Below, one piece after another: positions 20,001 through 28,267 of a DNA stretch of 64,000 nt. This stretch comes from Parcubacteria group bacterium (lineage in GTDB: Bacteria; Patescibacteriota; Minisyncoccia; UBA10092), in assembly GCA_016186325.1 (NCBI GenBank), contig JACPLW010000005.1:17191-81190 (forward strand), read 5' to 3'. Below the pieces are notes generated by a model, which was given only the letters and a program-made list of their open reading frames with translations, ran no database searches and was not told the DNA's origin. Both the position numbers and the translations under genes were made by a program. Every line of letters begins with the position of its first letter. Within the stretch, counting starts at the first letter, position 1.

Positions 20001-20628
20001 CAACAATAGGATATTCTATGTAAACGGAATCATGGGTAACTTCTTTATAATCCTCGGTAAGTATCTCATGCTGGGAAATGGCCGTACCGCAACGCCAGCA
20101 CCAGGGAACAACATCGTGCCCTTTGTAAAGCAGTCCTTTTTCTTTACATTTTTTCAAAAAGTGCCAGATGGCAACATTGTTTTCATTAGACATTGTGTAG
20201 TAACTGTTCTTCCAATCCATCCATTGGCCCAACCTGATTGATTGATTTGTTTGAATCGCGGAATACTTTCTCACGCGCTCTTTACACTTTTCAACGAATT
20301 TGGCAATGCCATATTTTTCAATGTCTTTTTTTGACTTAAAACCCAATTCTTTTTCCACCTCAACTTCAACCCAAAGCCCTTGGGCGTCAAATCCGTTTTG
20401 AAACCTCTGGTCAAATCCTCGCGCCGCTTTATATCTTTGGAACAGATCTTTGTAGGTTCTCCCCCACGCGTGATGAACTCCCATTGGATTATTGGCGGTA
20501 ATCGGCCCGTCTAAAAACGACCAACTTTTTTGGCCTTTAATTTTTTTCCGCAGCTTCTCAAAAATTTGATTATTTTGCCAAAAATCAAGGATTCTTTCTT
20601 CAGTTTTGGGACCAAAAGATTCTATCAT
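17095..20628 (-). CDS. ileS: Isoleucine-tRNA ligase with inserted histidine phosphatase domain
   Basis: DGPITANNPMGVHH, WTTTPWTLP, EMHKS; RHGE insert. Confidence 0.93.
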   Translation of the reverse strand: MIESFGPKTEERILDFWQNNQIFEKLRKKIKGQKSWSFLDGPITANNPMGVHHAWGRTYKDLFQRYKAARGFDQRFQNGFDAQGLWVEVEVEKELGFKSKKDIEKYGIAKFVEKCKERVRKYSAIQTNQSIRLGQWMDWKNSYYTMSNENNVAIWHFLKKCKEKGLLYKGHDVVPWCWRCGTAISQHEILTEDYKEVTHDSVYIEYPIVGNRASNIFKKNTYLLVWTTTPWTLPGNAAVAVDPDKIYVEATDLEAPLPSELGSGASYYLIKEAAERLNLKIIRTFKGKELVDLTYKSPFDNLPAVKKALSGFIHKVVATDSRILPVSETEGTGLIHIAPGQGTEDYRLGKKIKIPAIDLINDAAFYVKGLGEFSGQNAKERPEIIIDYIKTAGFLFSAPKYTHRYPICWRCKTELVWKIADEWYISMDKLRNPLIKIAKKIKWIPSFGLEREIDWLKNMSDWLISKKRYWGLALPIFECRCGNFEVIGSLADFDKFSPKKLNHYIFLRHGEAENNRLKIISSYPEKKKYLLTIRGAKEIEKLVPWFKKKSVDLVFSSDLLRTKETAQIISGALGQKIIYDKRLREHDSGAYNGRTHGDWHSLFGGKVDQYVVRPSGGENLKDVKKRMMDFLKETDRKYEGKTILIVSHANPIIAAASSYQGYKNEEAFEKFSIDGVTGSVVEMAGHNWPYNNEGDLDLHRPYVDEIKIKCPKCDEKTSRILDVGNPWLDAGIVPYSTMRYFNEHVKLPDGSNVPGKKFWRKWFPAELVCESFPGQFKNWFYSLIVMSTVLEKLPPMKTVFGYASVRDEKGEEMHKSKGNAIWFDEAAEKIGVDVMRWMYVKQNPADNLKFGYGAAKESERKLINFWNSFIFFKTYLPAKISTGNLGGRGTNPQNLLDFWILSRLNNLIEKVTQNLDKYNPAYASRAIEEFFIDDLSLWHIRRSRERFQRPKSKKEKEEAAETLYFVLLNLVKVISPFLPFLSEEIYLFLKRDKMPESVHLCDWPKADKKLIDLKLEKQMGLVREISAEALALRAEAGIKVRQPLQALTIAETGLKKYPELLDLIKDEVNVKEIVFGDKIELDTKITTELKEEGLTREIARQIQGMRKDGGLTPKETIVVYMKGEENIQKIISKWEKTLTSEVGARKIEFVGVIKDGLLIDRHFKLESKDIWIGIAKM

Positions 20629-20632
20629 AATT

Positions 20633-22372
20633 TTACATCTTATCAGGAGCTTTTATCCCCATCAAGTTCAAAGCGTTTCCTAAAACGATTTTAGTTGCCG
20701 TAACCAAAGCCAATCGCGCGGAGGTTAACTTTTTGTCTTCTGTAATCACTCTTTCTTTTTCATAGAAATTGTGGAACTCCCGCGCCAGTTCCAGAGCATA
20801 GCGCGGCAAGCGATGGACTTCGTAATTTATCGCGATATCACTTAAAACCTCGGGAAACTCGGTGAGTTTCCTAATTAAATCAAATTCGGCATTTGTTTTT
20901 AATGCACTAAATTCAGAGCTTAAGACCTCGGCTTTAGAGACCTTTGCTTTGCGCAAATTAGAGACCTTTGCTTTGCGCAAAATTGAGGAAAGCCGCGCGT
21001 ACGCGTACTGCACATAATAAATCGGATTTTTTTGCGAACGTTCTTTGGCTAGCGATAAATCAAAATCCATGTGAGTATCGGATGAATACATCAAAAAGAA
21101 AAATCTCACGGCATCAAGCCCAATCTCACCAACCAGCTCGTCTAAAGTAACAAAAATTCCGGCTCGCTTTGAAACCTTTGCTTTTTTACCGCCGGAAACG
21201 AGGCGGACAAACTGAATCAGCACTATTTTTAAGCGCTCCGAATTAATCCCCAATGCTTTTAAAGCCCCCATCAAGCGCGGAATGTCTCCATGATGGTCGG
21301 CTCCCCAGATATTTATCGCTTTATTAAATTTTCTTACTTCAAATTTATTTAAATGATAAAGAATGTCAGACATAAAGTATGTTTCGTCGCCATTACTTTT
21401 TATCAAAACCCGGTCTTCGGTATCGCCTAATTCCGACGTTTTCATCCAAGTGGCGCCATCTTTTTCATAAATTAAATCTTTGCGCATTAAATCTTCCATT
21501 ACTTTTTCATACTGTCCCCCCTTATAAAGGGACTTTTCAGAAAACCAAACATCAAAATTTATTCCGAGCTTTTTTATAACCGGCTTTATATGCGTATTTA
21601 AAATTAAATCAACCGATGCCTGCCCGGCTTCTTCAATGCTAAAATTTTTGTCTATCTGTTTTGCCAAGTCGTTAATATAATCTCCTTTATATAAATTTTC
21701 TAATTCGGTTTTTTCTAAACTCAAATTCTCGCCCTGCGCTAGCTTGATTGATCTTCCAAGAGCAAGAATTTGGCCACCCCTATCATTTATATAAAACTCG
21801 CGAGTAATGTTATACCCTTGTGTTTCCAAAATATTAGCCAGCACATCACCATAAAACCCTCCTCGGCCATTAGCCATTGTTAAGGGCCCGGTGGGATTGG
21901 CAGAAATAAATTCAACTTGAACTTTGTAATTTTTACCGACATCAGAATTTCCGTATTTATTTTTTTCTTTCAGAACTTCCTTAAGTTGATGACGGAGACA
22001 TTCGGGCGACAGAAAAAAATTAATAAAACCGTTCACGGCATCAATTTTTGAAAATTCTTTCTTGTCCGCCGAAACTTTCTTGCCCGCCACAGCTTTAGCG
22101 TAGGAGGGAGTGAAGGCGGATATTTTTTGGCTATTTAACTTTTTAACTAATTCTTCGGCAATTATTTGCGGTGATTTTTTTCCGCCTGAGGCGAGATCTC
22201 GCCCCTTTTGGGCGGATAAAATTTTGGCAAGCAAAAAAGCGACGTTTGACGAATAGTCGCCATGTTCTCTATTCTCGGTAACTTTAACTAAAACCTCTCC
22301 CCTAAACTCCGGAGCGATTTTTCGAATAATGTCGTTTAGATAGGTTTTTATAAGCTCTTTCATTCCATACAT
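20633..22372 (-). CDS. argS: Arginine-tRNA ligase
   Basis: GDYSSN, EFISANPTGP, WGADH, YVQYAYAR, C-terminal APDKM. Confidence 0.96.
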   Translation of the reverse strand: MYGMKELIKTYLNDIIRKIAPEFRGEVLVKVTENREHGDYSSNVAFLLAKILSAQKGRDLASGGKKSPQIIAEELVKKLNSQKISAFTPSYAKAVAGKKVSADKKEFSKIDAVNGFINFFLSPECLRHQLKEVLKEKNKYGNSDVGKNYKVQVEFISANPTGPLTMANGRGGFYGDVLANILETQGYNITREFYINDRGGQILALGRSIKLAQGENLSLEKTELENLYKGDYINDLAKQIDKNFSIEEAGQASVDLILNTHIKPVIKKLGINFDVWFSEKSLYKGGQYEKVMEDLMRKDLIYEKDGATWMKTSELGDTEDRVLIKSNGDETYFMSDILYHLNKFEVRKFNKAINIWGADHHGDIPRLMGALKALGINSERLKIVLIQFVRLVSGGKKAKVSKRAGIFVTLDELVGEIGLDAVRFFFLMYSSDTHMDFDLSLAKERSQKNPIYYVQYAYARLSSILRKAKVSNLRKAKVSKAEVLSSEFSALKTNAEFDLIRKLTEFPEVLSDIAINYEVHRLPRYALELAREFHNFYEKERVITEDKKLTSARLALVTATKIVLGNALNLMGIKAPDKM

Positions 22373-22386
22373 ATTTTAACCCGATT

Positions 22387-22414
22387 TTGATAAAAATAAA
22401 ACTACTGATAGAAT
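22387..22414 (+). promoter_or_regulatory. sigma70 promoter for smpB(-ssrA), probably leaderless
   Basis: TTGATA-16 nt-TAGAAT with extended TG, 6 nt before ATG. Confidence 0.55.
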
Positions 22415-22420
22415 TCGGGT

Positions 22421-22888
22421 ATGGCAATATTCTCCGAAAACCGAAAGGCTCACTTTGATTACGAAATCCTAGAAATTTTTGAGGCAGGCTTAGTGTTGTC
22501 TGGCGCCGAGGTTAAGTCAATAAAAGGAGGGCGCATGAACTTAGCCGGCTCTTACGTTAACTTCCATAATGGCGAACCCTATCTAATCGGCGCTTCAATC
22601 GCTCCTTATCAGCCAAAGAACCAGCCATCCGACTACGACCCGTCTCGCTCAAGAAAATTGCTTTTGAATAAAAAAGAAGTTGACTATATTTCCGGTAAAA
22701 CAAAACAAAAAAGCTTGACTTTAGTGCCTTTAAAGGTATATAATAAAGGCCGCCGAATTAAACTGGAATTTGGTTTGGTCAGGGGTAAAAAGCAGTATGA
22801 CAAACGCGATGCTATAAGCCGACGAGAAATAGAGAGAGAAATCGACAGAAAAATTAAACAAGAGCATGGGAGTGACGGGCTTCGATAG
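22421..22888 (+). CDS. smpB: SsrA-binding protein
   Basis: NRKAHFDY, EAGLVLSGAEVKS, RKLLL, GKKQYDKR. Confidence 0.97.
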   Translation: MAIFSENRKAHFDYEILEIFEAGLVLSGAEVKSIKGGRMNLAGSYVNFHNGEPYLIGASIAPYQPKNQPSDYDPSRSRKLLLNKKEVDYISGKTKQKSLTLVPLKVYNKGRRIKLEFGLVRGKKQYDKRDAISRREIEREIDRKIKQEHGSDGLR

Positions 22889-23275
22889 AACTTGAAAATT
22901 AAATATGCAGGACGAGGATATCTCGTAACCTTGAAAATCCGTCCCGCAGTTGCGGGATGCGACAATCCCCGAGATCCAGCAAATAACTGGCAAAACAAAT
23001 TTAACTCCTGCTTTAGCTTTTGCTTAAGTAGGTTTTACCCCGCGAAGCTTTAGCGTAGTGGGGCATCGGTCGCCTGACGCCCAGTAGGACGATACCGGTG
23101 TCAACAATTGGGCTCTAACCTGAAAATTCTTCGGTTCGGGTTGAACTAAAGAAGAAATTGGGAACCTTCCATTTTGACTGTTTCAAGGAGGATTTTCAAA
23201 AAATTCAAACAGCCTACGCCTGTAGAAATATTTAATTAAAAATTCTAGATGCGAGTTCAACTCTCGCCACTTCCA
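22868..23275 (+). ncRNA. ssrA: tmRNA; tag (A)GKTNLTPALAFA* at 22989-23027
   Basis: 5' GGGAGTG pairs with 3' CACTTCC-A (G3:U70), T-arm gcgag-ttcaact-ctcgc, ataact-GGC resume context, tag ending ALAFA; adjacent to smpB; CCA not encoded. Confidence 0.93.
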
Positions 23276-23390
23276 TTCGACTCGTCTCTCGCTAACGCTC
23301 GAGACTCGCTCATGGCAAGCCACTCGTTGTAATTAACTTGAGTCGCTCACTATTGAACAAGTCGAATGTCCCGAGCGTAGTCGAGGGACA
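23273..23390. repeat. Two REP-like palindromes between tmRNA and GIY-YIG gene
   Basis: ccattcgactcgtctc...gagactcgctcatggcaagc and tgtcccgagcgtagtcgagggac. Confidence 0.7.
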
Positions 23391-23448
23391 CAATAAAATA
23401 TCAGATAATTATCTGGTATTTTATTTTTATAGATGCTATATAATTTTT

Positions 23449-23715
23449 ATGCATTACGTTTATATGATAAAAAATTCTTCTGGCAAATTGTATGTTGGTG
23501 TAACAGAAGATTTAAATAAAAGACTTTACTACCACAACACTAAACAAGGTGCTAATTTTACTAAATATAAATCTAAATTTGAAATAGTTTTTGAAGAAAA
23601 ATATCCCACTCTTGCAGAAGCACGAAAACGTGAGGCTCAAATTAAGAAATGGCGCAGAGAAAAGAAAAAAATACTAATAAAAAGATTCATTGCCGGATTG
23701 TCTACTAAATTATAA
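23449..23715 (+). CDS. GIY-YIG nuclease (UPF0213-like)
   Basis: YVYMI..LYVG.T..L..R...H, FT, A.KRE.QIK.W.R.KK; start moved to ATG 23449. Confidence 0.9.
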   Translation: MHYVYMIKNSSGKLYVGVTEDLNKRLYYHNTKQGANFTKYKSKFEIVFEEKYPTLAEARKREAQIKKWRREKKKILIKRFIAGLSTKL

Positions 23716-23825
23716 AAAACGGAAAACCCGCCGTTCACTTTTGTTACTAGATGGGGTTGACTTATGCATAAAACCCGTGTATATTGGATTTTATCAGAAA
23801 CTTAAATATAAATTTCTAACGGGAC

Positions 23826-24341
23826 TTGTTAAAAAAACTTAAAATCAACAATCAAATAACCGCCGTAGAGTTGAGAGTAACAGATGAAGACGGGGAGCAA
23901 ATCGGCATTATGAGCCGTGAAGAGGCGTTAAAGTTAGCCCAAGAAAGGGGCCTTGACTTGATTGAAGTGGCGCCAATGGCCAAGCCGCCGGTAGCCCGGA
24001 TCTTCGACTACGGCAAATATCTTTACCGTGAGCAAAAGGAAGAAAGAAAACAAAGGGCTAAACAGAAAAAAGACTCTTCAAAAATCATCCGGCTCAATTT
24101 GAACACCGGTTTGAATGACTTAAAAATCAAGGCGGAAAAAGCAAGCGAGTTTCTAAAAGAAGGCACCCACGTTCAAATAGAACTTGTTTTAAAGGGCCGC
24201 GCCAAATACCATAAGACTTTTTCCGATTTAGGCAAGAAAAAAATTGAGGATTTTCTAAAATTAATCAGCACGCCAAATAAAGTTATTTCGGAACTAAAAA
24301 AACAGCCTCGAGGATTTAACATCACAATTATCAAACAGTAA
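23826..24341 (+). CDS. infC: Translation initiation factor IF-3
   Basis: IN.QI...ELRV, LDLIEVAP.AKPPVARIFDYGK; synteny with rpmI-rplT. Confidence 0.95.
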   Translation: MLKKLKINNQITAVELRVTDEDGEQIGIMSREEALKLAQERGLDLIEVAPMAKPPVARIFDYGKYLYREQKEERKQRAKQKKDSSKIIRLNLNTGLNDLKIKAEKASEFLKEGTHVQIELVLKGRAKYHKTFSDLGKKKIEDFLKLISTPNKVISELKKQPRGFNITIIKQ

Positions 24342-24387
24342 AGACATTTTTTTATAAAGCGTTGCGGGCAGGCAGAATAAAATTAAT

Positions 24388-24591
24388 ATGCCTAAAATAA
24401 AAACCAACAAATCAATACAAAGCCGCATTAAAATAACCGGAGGGGGTAAATTATTAAGGCGCCCAACACATCAGTCGCACTTCAATGCCAAAGAATCTTC
24501 TAGACAAACACGAATAAAACATGGGGTTAAGCAGGTAAAAAAAAGTGATTATAAATCGTTTATAAAATATCTTCCGTATGCCAAGAGTTAA
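24388..24591 (+). CDS. rpmI: 50S ribosomal protein L35
   Basis: MPKIKT.KS...RIKITG.GK; synteny. Confidence 0.92.
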   Translation: MPKIKTNKSIQSRIKITGGGKLLRRPTHQSHFNAKESSRQTRIKHGVKQVKKSDYKSFIKYLPYAKS

Positions 24592-24928
24592 ACGAGGGAA
24601 AATAGCGTTAAAAAGACGCGAAAAAATATTAAAATATACCAAGGGTTTCAAGTGGGGCCGTAAATCAAAAGAAAGAGCCGCTAAAGAAGCTCTGCTTCAC
24701 GCGTGGGTTCACGCTTACCGCGACCGGAAAGTCAAAAAAAGAACTAACCGCGCTCTTTGGCAAATTCAGATTAATGCCGCGGTAAGACCGGAAGGATTAA
24801 ATTATAGCCGATTTATGCACGGCCTCAAAAAAGCCAAAATTGAAATTGACAGGAAGATTTTATCGGAACTGGCGCGCAGCCATCCCGAAATTTTTAAGGA
24901 AATAATAGAAAAAGCTAAAATAAGTTAA
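24578..24928 (+). CDS. rplT: 50S ribosomal protein L20
   Basis: MPRVKRG, AYRDRK.KKR, INAA, DRKILSELA. Confidence 0.97.
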   Translation: MPRVKRGKIALKRREKILKYTKGFKWGRKSKERAAKEALLHAWVHAYRDRKVKKRTNRALWQIQINAAVRPEGLNYSRFMHGLKKAKIEIDRKILSELARSHPEIFKEIIEKAKIS

Positions 24929-24946
24929 AAAAGAAAAAAGCCGCTT

Positions 24947-25201
24947 TTAGCGGATTTTTTCTTTTTTAAGTAATAGTGTTTTTTTATCCGCACCGCGATT
25001 GTAGCCGCCAATTTTCCCGTCCGAACGAATCACTCTATGACAAGGAATTTTTGGATCAAAATTTTTATTTAAAATATTGCCGATCGCGCGCCACGCCTTC
25101 GGTTTCCCCGCCTCCTGGGCAATTTCTTTATAGGTCGCCGTTCTCCCTTTGGATACTCTCCTAACTGCCCTAAAAACTTTTTCTTTAAAACTATATTTCA
25201 T
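24947..25201 (-). CDS. Minimal O6-methylguanine-DNA methyltransferase (MGMT C-terminal domain only)
   Basis: TYKEIA, RAIG, IPCHRV, GGY; start moved to ATG 25201. Confidence 0.88.
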   Translation of the reverse strand: MKYSFKEKVFRAVRRVSKGRTATYKEIAQEAGKPKAWRAIGNILNKNFDPKIPCHRVIRSDGKIGGYNRGADKKTLLLKKEKIR

Positions 25202-25245
25202 AATAAAAAATAAAAAAATAACAAATGAGTAAATGTAGCCGGTCA

Positions 25246-25273
25246 TGCGATAGTTGGACAAACTGCAATTTAA
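25246..25273. repeat. Repeat copy A (direct repeat of 25800-25827)
   Basis: tgcgatagttggacaaactgcaatttaa. Confidence 0.85.
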
Positions 25274-25275
25274 TA

Positions 25276-25734
25276 CTAACTCTCTAGATAAATCGGTTGC
25301 CCGCTTTCTAATGATTCCAGGCACTTTACAACCCTTACCATGGCTTTCGGATTTAATAATTTTATAGCTTCCTGCGGCTTAGAAAATTTATATTCGCTAA
25401 TCTCCTTTTGGTCTATATTTATGCATTTAATCTTTTCTATTCCCAAAATTCCACCGAAAAATATAAATTTTAATGCATCGCCTTTTTCACGATTATGGGT
25501 GTAATCAACCAATAAGAGATCTTTAATTTTAACGTACAATCCTATTTCTTCTTTCACTTCGCGTCTACAACCCGCTAGTGGCGACTCGTCTTTATCAACT
25601 ATTCCTCCTGGTAAAGTCCAATTTGGTTTATAAGATGGTTTAACAATTAAAATTTCTTTTTTCTTGTTAAGAAACAGAGCCGCTGACGCAACTCTTTTCC
25701 TTGGTAAATTTTTATAAAATTTTTTATCTATCAT
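25276..25734 (-). CDS. NUDIX hydrolase
   Basis: Nudix box PGG...ESP....RREVKEEIG. Confidence 0.92.
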   Translation of the reverse strand: MIDKKFYKNLPRKRVASAALFLNKKKEILIVKPSYKPNWTLPGGIVDKDESPLAGCRREVKEEIGLYVKIKDLLLVDYTHNREKGDALKFIFFGGILGIEKIKCINIDQKEISEYKFSKPQEAIKLLNPKAMVRVVKCLESLESGQPIYLES

Positions 25735-25799
25735 TATATTTTCTTTAATTTAAATTTTTTAATCCAGTCCTAATCTTCTAACTTAATTTCAGTTATTCG

Positions 25800-25827
25800 T
25801 GCGATCGTTGGACAAACTGCATTTTAA
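25800..25827. repeat. Repeat copy B
   Basis: tgcgatcgttggacaaactgcattttaa, 26/28 identical to copy A. Confidence 0.85.
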
Positions 25828-25846
25828 ACTCTTGCTAAATCAAACA

Positions 25847-26416
25847 TTAAAGTAAGCCGAACCTATTCCTTAAGTCGAACTCAATATCGACATCTCTCAC
25901 TCTTAAGTATCTTATATAAGGTACTAATTCAAAAATCTCAGCTATAAAATCAATTTCATTTTTACATTCATGGGGATGGATAAAAACACTTTTTTGCATT
26001 GGATAAAAACCAATTTCCTTAAGTTTTACAGCCAGCGCCGTTCTTCCTTTTTTCTTATCTTCGGGAATATCAAAAGTTACTACGCGCCATAATCTATCCC
26101 ATTTTAGAGGTTTTTTGATTTCAATTTTATCTAAATTGTAAACTAAAACCTTTTTTTGACCCACTTCAGTTAAGACAAGGCGAACAGTGCCATCTTTATT
26201 TTCTTTATAATCTATAATTTTTGCCTTGTATAATTTCTTTATTGATTCTCTTAAACTGCGCTCATTTACCTTTCTCCACTCTTTGGCAACGTCTTTCAAA
26301 ATCTTAAAGTAGGCATCGGGACGGCCCGTCAAAGATAAAACGAGTCCCGCTTGCAAAAGCAATAAAACTTTTTTTCCCACGTGTCCTAAATGTCGCATTA
26401 TCCAAGATAGTATCAA
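25847..26416 (-). CDS. PaaX-like winged-helix + Cas2-like domain protein (paralog 2; start may be 26398)
   Basis: LTEVG...WDRLWRVVTFDIPE..R..L...GF..MQKSVF. Confidence 0.85.
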   Translation of the reverse strand: MILSWIMRHLGHVGKKVLLLLQAGLVLSLTGRPDAYFKILKDVAKEWRKVNERSLRESIKKLYKAKIIDYKENKDGTVRLVLTEVGQKKVLVYNLDKIEIKKPLKWDRLWRVVTFDIPEDKKKGRTALAVKLKEIGFYPMQKSVFIHPHECKNEIDFIAEIFELVPYIRYLRVRDVDIEFDLRNRFGLL

Positions 26417-26423
26417 AAAATTT

Positions 26424-26445
26424 TGCGGTCGGTCAAGCGATCGCA
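26424..26445. repeat. Repeat copy C, inverted relative to A/B
   Basis: tgcggtcggtcaagcgatcgca; reverse complement 17/22 identical to copy B. Confidence 0.6.
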
Positions 26446-26542
26446 GGACGAGCTACAAATCAACTGAAACAAAAAAATATTGAAACCAAAACCTTTAAAC
26501 AAATACCACGCGCGGTAAAATCGAAGGGGAAATGTCGCTATT

Positions 26543-28267
26543 TTACTTTAATAATTTTAACATTTCTTTCCACGGCCTCGTGTTAACAATATCCGATGAC
26601 TTGGCCCAGCCGCGGCGCGCTTGAGCGATGCCAAATTCCAAGTAATGGAAACTGTTTTTTGAGTGAGCATCGGTATCAATGGATAGTTTTACTCCGGCCC
26701 CAACCGCTTTGCGAATATATTCGTCTTTCAAATCAAGACGGTGGGGATCAGCGTCAATCTCAAGAACGGTGCCGGTTTCTTTAGCTATTTTAATGATTTC
26801 ATCTATATCAACATCGTAGGGTTCGCGCTTTTGAATTAATCGGCCGGTGGGATGAAATAATATATCGGCATTTTTATTTATCATCGCCTTTATAATTCGT
26901 TTTGTTTGTTCTGCACGGGAAAGATTGAAATGCGAATGAACTGCGATCCCGACGACATCAAGCTTGGCTAAAACCGCATCTTCTATATCAAGCGAGCCAT
27001 CTTTTAATATATTGACTTCAGCACCTTTTAAGATCCTGAATTTTGTCCCGCCGATGCGGGATTGAATTTTATCTATTGCAGCCATTTGTTTTAGTAATTT
27101 TTTTTCGTCGGAGCCGCCGGTCATCGCCAAACTTTTTGTGTGATCGGTAATGGCAATATATTCTAACCCCGCATCAAACGCGGCTTTTGCCATTTCTTCT
27201 ATCGAGTTTTCACCATCAGTCCAATTAGTTTGGACTTGAAGATCCCCTTTTATTTCGTTGTATCCTATAAGTTTCGGAAGTTTATTTTTTAGAGCGACCT
27301 GAATTTCACCGCTATCAGTCCTTATTTCCGGAGGCGGTGTTTGCATTTTCAATGTTTTATAAATTTCTTCTTCGGTTCTTCCGACAATTAACTTTTTTCC
27401 TTTAAAAAGTCCGTACTCATTCAATTTATAACCCATTTTCTCGGCTAAGGCTCTCAAAGTTATATTATGCCGCTTGTCACCGGTAAAATACTGTAAAGTA
27501 GCTCCGAAACTTTTATCGGCCACAACACGAATATCGGCATCCATACCATTTTTTAGCCGCACCATTGTTTTCGTAGACCCAGAAGAATAAACATGGGCGA
27601 TTTCCGGAATTTTCAAGAAAAAATCTGTCACTTCTTGTGGTTTGCTCGAAGTTACTAAAATATCCAAATCACCGACTGTTTCCTGCATTCTTCTGATAGA
27701 GCCGGCGATCGCTACGCGATCTACCGATTTTATTTTTTTCAACCGGTCTTCTATTGTTCTTGCAAGCGGTAAAACATCTCCCAAAAGAAACCGCCCGCTG
27801 GATTTTTTTAAAAACTCAATGCCTTTTAAAATTTTTTGTTCCGTTTTGCCGCCGAAACCCGCCATTTTGGCGATTTTTCCGGCTTTGGCCGCTTTTTCCA
27901 AATCACCGATATTTCTAACTTTAAGTTTCTTATAAAGCCTGAAAATCGCTTTTGGCCCAACGCCTTCAACTCTCGACAATTCGCTTATGTTGACCGGCAA
28001 TGATTTTTTTAACATTTGATAATATTTTAAATGACCGGTTTTAATAAGTTCTTCAATCTTTTCCGCGATAGAAATGCCAACGCCGGGGATATCTTCAACG
28101 GCTTTTAATCCGCCTTTTTTATATATTTCCGCTACTTCCTCTTCAAGATTTTCAATGGAATAACCGGCTTTTTCGTACGCGCGAGGTTTGAAAGGTATCC
28201 TTTTTATTTCTAAATATTCGCCTATTTCATAAATAATTTTCGCTATTTCTTTGTTGCTTAGTTTCAT
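26543..28267 (-). CDS. polX: DNA polymerase X / PHP 3'-5' exonuclease
   Basis: AGSIRR..ETVGDLD, YFTG, LNEYG, TDH, TDAH. Confidence 0.95.
   Translation of the reverse strand: MKLSNKEIAKIIYEIGEYLEIKRIPFKPRAYEKAGYSIENLEEEVAEIYKKGGLKAVEDIPGVGISIAEKIEELIKTGHLKYYQMLKKSLPVNISELSRVEGVGPKAIFRLYKKLKVRNIGDLEKAAKAGKIAKMAGFGGKTEQKILKGIEFLKKSSGRFLLGDVLPLARTIEDRLKKIKSVDRVAIAGSIRRMQETVGDLDILVTSSKPQEVTDFFLKIPEIAHVYSSGSTKTMVRLKNGMDADIRVVADKSFGATLQYFTGDKRHNITLRALAEKMGYKLNEYGLFKGKKLIVGRTEEEIYKTLKMQTPPPEIRTDSGEIQVALKNKLPKLIGYNEIKGDLQVQTNWTDGENSIEEMAKAAFDAGLEYIAITDHTKSLAMTGGSDEKKLLKQMAAIDKIQSRIGGTKFRILKGAEVNILKDGSLDIEDAVLAKLDVVGIAVHSHFNLSRAEQTKRIIKAMINKNADILFHPTGRLIQKREPYDVDIDEIIKIAKETGTVLEIDADPHRLDLKDEYIRKAVGAGVKLSIDTDAHSKNSFHYLEFGIAQARRGWAKSSDIVNTRPWKEMLKLLK

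Noticed and set aside
23276-23825. Prophage or integrative island at tmRNA
   Set aside because: No integrase or duplicated tmRNA 3' end visible; only a GIY-YIG gene precedes infC
12670-26416. CRISPR-Cas system suggested by Cas2-like ORFs
   Set aside because: No cas1 or effector genes and no regularly spaced repeat-spacer array; the proteins have an N-terminal wHTH like PaaX
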